Positions 53,096-64,000 of a stretch of 64,000 nt of DNA are shown piece by piece; positions within the stretch are counted from its first letter, which is position 1; each line of letters begins with the position of its first letter. Position numbers and translations under genes: made by a program. Source of the stretch: Balanoglossus misakiensis (Eukaryota; Animalia; Hemichordata). The stretch is taken from NCBI GenBank assembly GCA_040954595.2, contig CM082598.2, positions 992,001 to 1,056,000 on the forward strand. Direction: 5' to 3'. The notes beneath the pieces were generated by a model. That model made no database searches. It was not told the DNA's origin and saw only the letters and a program-made list of their open reading frames with translations.

Positions 53096-55240
53096 GCATT
53101 TATACTGTAGAAGCTACAGTTTTTGCGTTGCTAGCTTGTCTGTATGCATATTCTCCACATGAACACCAACCAGTCTGAGTGAGAGATTTTACTGGGAAGT
53201 TATTATGCCTATTGTGAATCACACTGAGTTGAAAGCATTCTTTAAGTGAGTATAGCAGCTGTTTGATGGTGTTCATTTCACGTTTTGATACGGCGTGAAG
53301 ATTAAGCCTGCTAACATGAATCTCAATTCTTCTGCAGTTTTTTTATTACGTGAATACAGCACTCTGATAATGCATCTGTGCATGAGTAAACTGCCTCGAC
53401 TGAACTATAATCAGATCAACTCAATTTCACACTTTTATAAGTAGAAACTTTAGATCCTTCTGAAAGCATTTCAGGGTGTGCACAGTAATGGGGTTTAGAC
53501 TTGGATTCAGACAAGACAACTTTGCAGGGTTTCCCTATGAAGTGTAGATTCCAGTTCCAAATGATCTACGGTGCATCGAAACCCAGTATAGTGTGTGTGT
53601 GTGGGGGGGGGGGGGGGAGGGGGGAGGGGGAGAGTCAGTGGTCACAGTTCTCTCCAGAGCAATTACATTACTTTCAATTACACAATATTCCACATTAAGC
53701 AATAAATATTACACATATTGACATTCGCTATAACCACGACTTCAATTATTCGAACAATACAGTACGTCTTGTAACTAAATATGACATTATTATGTGAGTT
53801 ATTACATGTTCAATTATGTATTATTTTGTCAAAGCATCTGTCATCTGTAATTACTAATTTTTGTAATAGCTCAATGGAGGAAGTTGAAATAATAAGTACA
53901 ATTTGAGGTATTTATTGGTTCATAATCAATCAATCAATCAATCAATCAACCAGTCAATCAATCAAATGATTTGTTAGGATAGCAAACAGAATATTATGCT
54001 GGAGTATGGATTTCTATGACTCCGAATTACGTGCCATGTTTTTATTTCTGGAATGGCAGACCAGTAGTCTTTCACATGGTTCATGGATGAAGGCATTTGG
54101 CCGGCCTCTCACCACTAAATGATGCATAGTGCACAGATACAGACCATGTCAGATACCACTCCAAGATAAGACCGATACACTTAAATAGCTGTCAGCTCCA
54201 ATTACACCAGTATAAATCGACCACTGTTAACACATCTCTATTACAGGACAACTGCTTGAATTTGCACTGATCAGCCAGTGATAACAGGTGGTGTTGACTC
54301 ACCACCACAGGATCATACAAATCAGTTGGCTCAAACACAGTGGTTCACTTTGCTATTACAGGTATACGGTCACCAATGCCAATGTCCTATATAATTCACC
54401 ACCAAATCCTACAGCTCACCACTAACTTACCAATGTATTAAACTTAATCCCATAGCGCACCAACTTACCAAGAACAGTATCAACTTAATCCTATACTTCA
54501 CCACTAACTTACCAATAACATCATTAGACTGTGACAGAGTCTGCCTACCAAGGCATTTCAAAACTAAGTTCGTAAATGTAATTAAAAAGAAAAGTCTTCA
54601 TTTCTGTACCCAAAACTTAGCCACGCTCTAAGCACGAACCAAATTAAACTCCTCTTTTGGCAGAGAACACTTGTAACAAGATTACAGACCACAAATGCAT
54701 GTAGGTATAAAAAGAGTCTGGTTTGATTTGTTGTCAGTGATAGTAGCCTTTACAATGACTTGCCTCATTAAAATGATCAATCATTCTTGGAGTGCCTGGA
54801 TGAATTAAGGAAACAAATTTATGGCTTCTAAAAATAAATTTATGGCTTCTGGCTGTCAGCTACTCTGTCCATTATCTCTGCATTGACAAATACATGATAA
54901 CAATATACTTTACAGTTACATAGAGAGTGTCATTTCCCTCACTTTGTAAGTAGAATTTATCTAGGACAATCTGAAGATTGGTTAAAATAATTCTCTTGTG
55001 GGGTTAGATTTGATCTGTGTCTACACTTTCTACATTTGCACTCAGTCAGTTGCTGACTCAACGCAAGGTCATCGCACTTACACATCTGCTTAGAATCAAG
55101 AGAGAGAGAGAGAGCTCAAACTGAGACCACCTGGCTATTGTGTGTGGACCAAAACTCCATTCATACCTTGACAAGCCTAGTCCAGCTCTAGTCTGATCTA
55201 GTTATCCAGATTGACTATTTTGAGCTGCTGACTTAAAAGC

Positions 55241-55459
55241 GAAGGGGTCGTCGCGCCGCGTTTGTTTGTTGATAAACATTAGAATTCACCCACAAATCCC
55301 TGAAAGTTATAGATCATGTTTGGAAGGGACGAAGCAGTCTGCCGTAGCATAGACGGAGCATGACGGCAACTGAAGATCCTCATAGGTTGTGGTTTGCGTT
55401 GGTGGTATGGGAGGATAATCTCATCAAGGGGGACACCAACACAGCGCGACGACCCTTTC
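55241..55459. mobile_element. ~220-bp MITE-like element
   Basis: Imperfect TIR gaaggggtcgtcgcgc / gcgcgacgaccctttc; no clear TSD. Confidence 0.6.
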
Positions 55460-58400
55460 CATGTATTTAAAACCTACACCTGCAGTAAACTGAATCCACA
55501 GTTGTCTCAAATGATACATGATATGATCTCAAATGAACCCATCAGTGAAAACAGCATTGCTTGGGTCACTGACCCCAAAAGTTTCAATGCGTGTTGAAAA
55601 AAGGAAATTCTATCCACAAATTGAGCCAAGGTAACATAACTTGTGAGCTATAACGTGGCAACTTTCTGACACTGATACTGTAGGAATTAATTTTCGGTTT
55701 CATTCACAAGACTTCAAAACATAAAGACAAAATGCCTACTTCAATAAGTCAGTTTCCTCAACCAAAAGAACATTGCCAAAATGTTTATAAAAGCCGTTAT
55801 CCTTATATACTGGTATATCAAAGGCCCGACCAATACAGATCTCATTATAACGTGTGGTCTAAACCTTGTGGAACAGTTTTATTCCAGGTTTATCTAAGTC
55901 AGTCTACAAGCAGAATGAAGTTTGTTTAGTCGCCCAGTATTTAAGCATGTTTCAAACTGTTCAAACAGCGTAGACAGCTTTTGAACAAAACTGACCCAAA
56001 ACAGGCCAAAAGAGAGCAACTTTGTCCCTTTAACACTACTGATCGCAAATATTTCGTACACTGACAAATATTAATTCAAGTATTCTATGTATTCTTAATA
56101 AACTGGTGTTGCACCCAATTATTCAGCCTACTGTTGCAATAGAAGACCACTATGCTAGCTATGGTATGACCACATCCTCATTAGAATATTCACAAATTAA
56201 AATTGTGTCCTCTGTAAAAGATTGAGAGGGTTTACCTAAATATGCTATAAGTACACGGTTACTTCATGGGATTTCAATTGTAGCTATTAAAAGGCCCAAA
56301 AAATATTTCTGGGATTTTATTTATCATCTCTAAGTAAGGTCTCCGGACGTCAGTTAGAAAAACTGGACTTCGGATCAACGACGTGTGCCACGAAGTACAG
56401 ACAAGTAAACTTGATGTATTTACTTTAATAATTTGTATCAAATTCATTGTCGTCAACGCGTCTCGCAGACGCACTTATGCAAATCGAGGATGTATAGAAA
56501 TTGATACAGCCATGTACATTTCAAAGAGAGAAATGGACATCAAAGCTGAACGTGCACATGTACATTTCACATGTACATTTCAAACAGAGAAAGGACACCA
56601 AAGTTTAAAGCGCTTTTGGTAATTATCTCGGAAGAACGACAACAGACAGTACAGAACAACAAGGGGACGGAATATTTGCAGTTGATGGAATTCAATCACT
56701 AATATGCGAACTCAAACAGCTTTTGAACGAAAAATAAAAGGCGTTTTGCACCAATCTGGAGAGCAGAAAAGCTACCGCGACAATCGTCTGACCCGATCTT
56801 TTCAGAACTCAACCCCAAAGAGGCAGGTCCACTTTCTAAACAAAATCTACCTTTTGTTGAAGTAGAATACAGTCGTCTGCTTTCAGTTTTCGAGCGAACG
56901 ACAACGACAAATTATAAAGCACAAGTTTATGATAGTATACTAGTATTTGTGTTAGACTTTGAATATGGCATCATAAAAACAATATTAATGTTTAATTTCA
57001 GCTAGTAATATAAAGTCTGCAGACAACAGATAAGAAGAAATACTGTATTTACTTTCGACCTGTTAGATCGCACGCACACAGACTTTCGCTTTAACTTTTT
57101 CCGGTGTCATTCGTGCGACATCTTATATTTTATAACTCAGTACTCACCATGAATTCAGGATCTTTGTCAGTGACTTGTCTTGTTTCCAGCTGCAGGGAAC
57201 ACAGACTTGTGAAGACTTGAATCTTTATACGTTCGATCCTGTTTCGTGCACACAACTTGTACCAATGTCCAGTCAGGGAACGGCCAACTTGCGTCCGATG
57301 AAATTCGTGGGAACGGAGAATTAGCTAAAGTGATGTCAAACCTAAGATGACCTTTTCCTGCAATGATACCGTGCCATTTATCATTAGCCGTCCTTGGATA
57401 ACTGGATGAAATCGACACACGACACTAAAGATATTGGATGTAATTTAAAATGATGTTTACTAACATTTCTGCGATGACTTATTCAAAATGGTAGTGTATT
57501 ATTTCACGAAAGTCTGTCACTATTTCTTTTTAAGTTGGAGAATATACGATACATAGCGGAAGGTAAGCGATGGCGAATGGAACAGCTTAAGCTTTTTCCG
57601 ACTTCATTTTCGCTCCAGGCCTAGCCGAGGTAAATGCATGGGGTAATTGGATAGTCGATGCACTTTAAAACTTAATATTGGCCACAGGGAGAAGAGCACG
57701 ACCTTTGACAACGGATAAAGAGCTATTTTGACACATATTTTTGAGGTTTGAATGGCGCAGGTACAGGGAGTAGGGTACTCCGATCATCGCACGGTTGTTG
57801 ATGATGATGATGATGATGAGGAGGAGGAGGAGGGTGCTATCGTTACTATGAGGTTTAGACAACTCTTAAAATGACACAGTTTTCAAGAATGTTATTACAA
57901 AAAAACAAAGGTCTATAAGACGACAATACTTGTACTGTTCAAAGATTGTGTACGAAGGTGACCATCACCAAGAGAAAGAATCTGTCCTGATGGCTAATAA
58001 ATAGGTATAGTGCCATGCGCCAACAGGCGGTGATAATTAGAGCCAGCGTTTGTTTTTATTTATTTATACACAGTCATCATTAGAACAAGTCTCAAAGATG
58101 TTGTACACTCTCTTGTTTCTGGCCAGTTTCTGACAAGTTTCTGGCCAGTTTCTGACAAGTTTTTTAGCCGTTTTTGTCTCTTACCTTTTCTACTTTTCAG
58201 GGTGGACCCAATTCTGTATGTTTCATCTGGGCTGACTGTCACACCTTGTTTTCCGTATCGGAACATTTCTTGGTATTCTGTCGATCAAATCAAAACAATA
58301 ATCATTATATATCTTCTCCATGATGTCTGTTCAATTATAACCCACATGGAAATTGCATTTGCTACAAGAGGGAGGTGATGTTGCCCAGAGTGTCTTCATC

Positions 58401-58688
58401 ATTGAGGTCTTTGGTCAACATTTTGTTGTTCAAGGACTTTCCGTATAGCCCAACTTTCATTCTGAAAATCGGGTCTCCACTAATTATTGCAGCTACTTCA
58501 TTTTATATTTCAAGGGAGAAGTACGCATGCTCACAAGAGAAAGTGTCATGGTTATATGAATTATTAAATGACCAATAATATGGACACGTATTGATTATGA
58601 CAAGTCTTTATTTTCACAATATATGTACTTGTTTTGAGATTTAAACAACTGAAAAAAATAATAAGTAAATAAAGCTGCTCTTCCAACA

Positions 58689-61482
58689 TCAGTCTAACAG
58701 TGGAGATGCTTCTGATGTGACAATATCGCTGTCTTCACTCAGAATGTTACCAGGGTTGGAAATCTCGATTACATCTGTAAAAAAACAGTGATTTGAACGT
58801 TGGAAATTAAAATTGTTAATTTGTAGACTGACTGTAGCCGTTATGTATTTAGCATTATTTCCCCTGTTTACAAAATAAATAATAATAATAATAATTTATT
58901 TGCCAAAAAATGAATTATGGGAACTAGGGATGGAAGGGTTAAGCATCAACTGCATGGGAATTGCACAAAAATACACACACCTGAGATTTTGACAGCCCCA
59001 GTCGTGTTTGTCGTTACCATACCAACAAGCGCATTGTCTTGTCCAGCTGGAAAGGTTCTCATTGGAACTGGTGCGAATGTACCATCAGATTGGCCTTGAT
59101 AAATATACACCTGTGAATGAGAAATATCCAGGTTTTTTCTTATTAGGAACTTTATATAGCCGATAGGGTTGTTTCTATCTAAGTATATTTCTTCGCCTGG
59201 GCCACCCACTGAAATATGGGATTGGCTATATTTCGATTTTCTATTATTAAATTCGCATAGATGACCTGATCTGGCATAATCAACATTGATTCATATCTGG
59301 AATTTCTGAAGTGATTTTAACCTTTTAAAATAATTTTATTTTTTATTCATTCATTCATCCATCCATCCATCCATTCATCCATCCATCCATCCATCCATCC
59401 ATCCATTAACAAATTCATTCATGCATTCATTACAAGAACAATTCTGTATATACCTGTGAAGGTTTACAACAGGCCAAAGCTCCCTTACAAAAATCTGTGC
59501 AGCACCTCTTGGTGTCAGAAGCCTGCAAGTATAAATATACATACATTATATATTATATACTTTTATGACTGACCACTTGACTGTTTCATTATTTGGCCAA
59601 AAATTGACCGAAATCGACTGATTCTTTGCAAAGGAATTTTAACCAATCTTCTGAAAAAATCTTTATGCTGAAATCACTTTCAAATACTTCTGAAATAGCC
59701 AACTTCACTTCTTCATTTTATGGTGGAAGGACATAATGTCAAATTTTTTTTTTGCTTGGACTATGTGTTGTGTCTCGTGTGTTGTTAGTTGCCTGAACAA
59801 TATGCCTGAAATTATGAAAAATTCTTTTTCGTTTTGACGATGGCAATCTTATCATGGATAGGTATGACTGACCACAGCAAAGTTCAACAACCTCAAACAC
59901 ACAAGAGAAAAGAAATTTTGAAGACAACCACATGTGATTGACATTCACATTTACCTTGAGATTACATCCCTTGTTACCACGGTAACATGAATATCTGAGC
60001 AACAGAACGCCATTTGTAAAAGCGATGATAGCTTCACATATTCCCATCATCAAGATGAAGGTATCGATACTCTGTCGTGTTGGCTGCAATGTAAAAGATG
60101 TGAATTAGTGGATCATTTGGACACTGACTGAAAGTGTTGGATATTGGGTGATTAATCCAGACAGATACATTTACCCATTATATGCATTAATTTTGCCTGT
60201 TGCGTGGACATTCTCATGTGACTCAGGAAAAAAAAAAACCATGGCCCGTTGTGTTAAAGTTAAATGGCACAAAAGTTAACATTTTTTTGTTGAACTCTGC
60301 TATTTAAGTTTCATACAAAGCTTGACTTGTGTTTCTTGGCTAGCACACTGTTGCCATGGTAATTAACAACGGTAAATAACGCATGTAACATACCAAAGTT
60401 TGCCGGAATTGCCTTTGACAAAGAGAGTTATAATCACGGAAGTCTTCATGACACGTCTCTTTACCATAAGCCCATGCGTAAGAATTGTCCTCATTGCCCA
60501 AAGCCACGGCCATAACAATAACCAAGGCTGTCACGCAGAACGTTGCCGACAGGAATGAAAAAACTGTAGCTGCCACAACCTGTCAATATGGAACAAGACA
60601 AATCTGAGTACACTATACTTGTTCTTCGATTGAAATGAGCAAACATGGTTGACAAGGCATCAATGAATGTGTAGGTCACTAAAAAATAAATTAGTCCATA
60701 GATAAGAACTTTTATGATCTTGTCTGTCGTCTGTTATTAAATAAAATGCCAACATAAAATAAATAGCCAATCTGAAAGAGACGTCATACACAAACCATGA
60801 AATGTAATCTTAGTATGCTTACAATATCACTGCTCCTTTTTCTGGCTGATGCCATACCAATCAAACCAGTTGTCACTACCTTTGAAGAGAAAGAGAAATT
60901 GTCCTAATCACCATCCTGTTGTTTTGTTAAGCTTTTTATGTTTGTTAGTTTATTTATTTTCTTTAGAATAAATACATATATACGTATGTAAGTATATACA
61001 TAAAGTAAGGGTAGCTGGAGAAACAATCTCTACAATGTTGTTTCGTGAGTCACTGGACTCACTCATCAGGAGACTAAATGAGTTTACTTTAGTATCGAGC
61101 TCTTTGTATCAGTCCAGTCGAACCACATACTTCGTATAAGTATATACATATTGTAAGTATTGTGGTGTTTTCGAAACCCCTCAAATATGTTAATATAATG
61201 AAATTTGTTGTTCAATACTGAAAAAGAAGACTTTCAGGTACTATCAAAAATAATAGTTTATAATCAAATTTTACTTGCCAAAAATCCAGCATAGTATGGG
61301 ATACCAATATGAGCAAAGTGGCACTGCATTTCGATCGCAACTATCCCCATCAATATGATGATAGTGCCGATCAGAACTTGGATAAAACCAAACATCTTCA
61401 ATGTGGATGGTCTAACTGCTGGTCTGGTTATCTGCAGCTTTATGGATTCTGCACCCCACTCTTCAGTGAAGGGTTTTTCCAT
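58689..61482 (-). CDS. MS4A/CD20-like four-transmembrane protein; 7 coding exons, 286 aa
   Basis: Exons 61482-61279, 60879-60823, 60579-60394, 60083-59955, 59522-59454, 59110-58981, 58774-58689 total 861 nt in one open frame. There are four hydrophobic segments, including FGFIQVLIGTIIILMGIV and GIPYYAGFLVVTTGLIGM (MS4A-like TM1 G.xQ and TM2 G.PxWxG patterns), a Cys pair in loop 2 and a Cys-rich juxtamembrane tail. A probable 5'UTR exon lies at ~62215-62340 and AATAAA at 58612-58607. Confidence 0.8.
59345..59430. repeat. (CATT)/(CATC)n microsatellite in an intron
   Basis: Read directly from the sequence. Confidence 0.9.
61003..61136 (-). mobile_element. 134-bp retroposed insert (Penelope-like or retrozyme-type fragment) with a 14-bp TSD
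   Basis: taagtatatacata is duplicated at 60989-61002 and 61137-61150, and the insert carries a hammerhead motif. Confidence 0.65.
61025..61075 (-). ncRNA. Type I hammerhead ribozyme
   Basis: The minus strand reads AGUCUC-CUGAUGA-GUGAGUC(CAGU)GACUCAC-GAA-ACAA(CA)UUGU-A-GAGAUU. It has the complete core (CUGAUGA, GAAA), a 7-bp stem II, a short stem III, a GUA cleavage triplet and stem I AGUCUC/GAGAUU. Confidence 0.88.
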
Positions 61483-63154
61483 CTTGATTCAATCTTGGAA
61501 CCAAAAGGATCCTGTTGAACAGAAAAGACACAGAAGTACTTTTATTATTCTAAAATAATATATTTTCAATTAAAAATGAAAGTACCAAATGTAGTCTCGT
61601 ATTTTAAGACCTTACACAGTCAGTGAAGTGACTGTGGACTTCTAGATCAAGTGAAGTTACCATGCATGCCAATAAATTTGCGGCAATGGGTATTTGTTCA
61701 GTCACCAAATATGTTCAGAATAACATTTAGGGAATATCTGCCACTTCTCTGCATAATTTTCATGATTTTTACTTTCAAGTTTAGATTGACTCATTCAAAT
61801 AAACTTAGTGATGGCCAGCCCATACACAAGGTTTTTTTATCAACTTCTGATTGTGACTGTAAATATTTAAAAATGAAGTTAAACATTAAACGTGTGTCGC
61901 ACTGGATCATTCGTAGGCCCATTGCAAGGGTAAACAACTGCAGTGGTTTATGCACTAAAGCATAGATAGAATCCGTACAAATTCAACATCGTTTGTCGAC
62001 TAAGGATAAGGTTGGAGTGTTTTATGGCTAGAAATATGCTAAAAGTAGCAGTTTATAACATGTCACCTTTACATCAAAACCATTATGGCATCAGTTTAAC
62101 AGATGAAATCGTCCTCTACTGAGAATGGAGCTACTACAAGCAGTTGAACCATGGAAGCACCTCTAATCCAACACACACCACAAATTACACACACAAAAAA
62201 AAACCAATACTAACCTGTTCAATCGTCAGGTTCAAAATCGGACAGACATTAACCACGACCGGATCTTCTTGTCGGATATTTGATATGACGTTTAGGTTGT
62301 TGTTGTTGAGACTAGATTGGTTGAGACTGTTATCATCACGGATATGAAATTAATTATTGACTATACAGTTAAACACACAATAGCCGGACCTGACCTTTGA
62401 TGCCAGATTAATAGTATCTGGGAAAGTCCCAGCCACTGAGAGCAAAGCTCAAAAAAGGGGCAGGAAAACGATGATTAACAGAAAATGTTGTGTTCAGTGC
62501 CAGATCTCGCAAGTCATTTGTTTTTTCTCTCTTTGCTTTTGCATTGTTTTGGCTTTTTCTTCTTCGTTTATTTTGCTTTATTATCCCCCTTCTTCATACA
62601 TCCTTGTCAGGCGGAGTACATTTACAAAATTAGCATAGCAACGGGTTGCTAGCCAAGTTATACAAGTCAAGAGGTGGAGCGTTGAACCAAAATGTAACAC
62701 GAAACACGATGAGCTATGTGTTTATTCTCACACCTGAATATCCACCTGTAGAAACTGTCAAACCACGCGAGATCTTGCAGGGTCTCGTGAAGTTTGCAAA
62801 ATGGTCGAGTGAACTGTGGTTTACTGTCAGATTGATAGTTCACATAATCTCGCGATATCTCGCTATGAGTGGAAAATGATCTTATTTTATTTTATCTCAT
62901 TGGTCAACAATTTCAAGCTCTGATGATGGTCTACTTTTTGCACTGACAGAGGCTGGTAAATCTCGGGGGCAAAAAAAACGAAACAAAAAAAAATAAAAGT
63001 ACTCTTTTGTATATTTAGGTTTTATTTATACCTTTTACCAAGATGCTCACAATCGAAATCTGTACTGTGACCATGCATAGACTCGATGAATTTCGTGTAT
63101 TGCAGAAACTGTTAAATCTCTCTTGCAAGAATCCAGATGTCTTGCATCTTCTGC

Positions 63155-63573
63155 TTAAGCGCTTATTGTGCACCAACCACTGGACCACCAATCATCGGTG
63201 AGGGCGGGGTCACAGGCGGGGTTACTGGCAGGGAAATCAGTCCAGGTTGTTTCTCTGTGTTTGTCAAGCATTGCACTGAGACCAGCCACAATGTGTGGGT
63301 ATTTATCAACTACATTATCCATCTCCATGGGATCCTCTGAAATATGTACAAGGACAATAGTTAGCTCTAATATTCTGATAATGCCATTTGCTACATACCA
63401 GTATATTAATTGCAATCATCTGGTATCACATTTAATTGACTGATGTAGGAAGTGCATTGCCAAAAGTGAATTACCTTCTATATTGAAAAGCCAGCGATCA
63501 GTGACTGCTGGGTCTTGTGGCAGTTTGGGTCCATTACTGATCTCACCGTGGTAAGGGGTTCTGTACCAGCTCA
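63155..63573 (-). CDS. Arylsulfatase B/I/J-like sulfatase, last two exons (the gene continues beyond the window)
   Basis: Exons ~63573-63475 and 63336-63155 join to give WLFNIEEDPMEMDNVVDKYPHIV...FPASNPACDPALTDDWWSSGWC. This matches the ARSB-type C-terminus (WLFDI..DP.E..DL...YPHIV...FP..DP.CDP....W.PW). AATAAA is at 63026-63021. Confidence 0.8.
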
Positions 63574-64000
63574 CTATCAGAAAGAAACAAACCAACACAT
63601 TTCAATTGTTAAAATATCAAAGTGTGAACATAGAGGTTCTCTTGTCTTTATAGAGTTGATTCTGAATGTTGTTTCCATGGAGATTCTGCACTAGTAAAAT
63701 TGACACTTTTCTTATTTCAGTCTTGAAAGACATTTGAATAGTTTCCTTATTACAGTATGAGTCAGTTGTGTCCTGAGTTTGTGGGTATATGAATTTATAG
63801 ATACAGCGCATACTTTAAAGTTTCCCAGAGTGACAAAACCATGGTGAGCATGGTGACATCCTCTGGTGGTAAAATTGTTATGTTGTATCGAAATGATCTT
63901 TAATACGCAGATGGGTAACCGTGAATGTCTCTCAAAATCGTTATGTCCCCTTCGAAATATACCAAGACTCTTTAGGTTGGCATCAACATAAAATTCCCCA

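Overview
Eukaryotic, AT-rich animal genomic DNA, probably from an invertebrate (the taxon cannot be fixed from sequence alone). Nearly all entries in the ORF track are spurious or are single exons. From left to right: (1) an ~11.6 kb repeat domain made mostly of CTAAG/CTTAG-core satellites, with inverted arms, stepwise-mutating microsatellites, a 47-bp GC-rich minisatellite and a Helitron-like 3' end; (2) a tandem duplication, a TA-target MITE and a 212-bp x9 tandem array at 12.9-17 kb; (3) a complete 10-coding-exon excitatory amino acid transporter of the SLC1A2/EAAT2 type on the minus strand (21270-27180, 562 aa), followed by ~30 kb with no recognisable gene but several small DNA-transposon relics; (4) a 7-coding-exon MS4A/CD20-like four-transmembrane gene on the minus strand (58689-61482, 286 aa); (5) the 3' end of an arylsulfatase B/I/J-like gene. 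The most striking unannotated element is an intact type I hammerhead ribozyme (61025-61075). It lies in a 134-bp insertion with a 14-bp target duplication, in sense orientation, inside a GC-AG intron of the MS4A-like gene.
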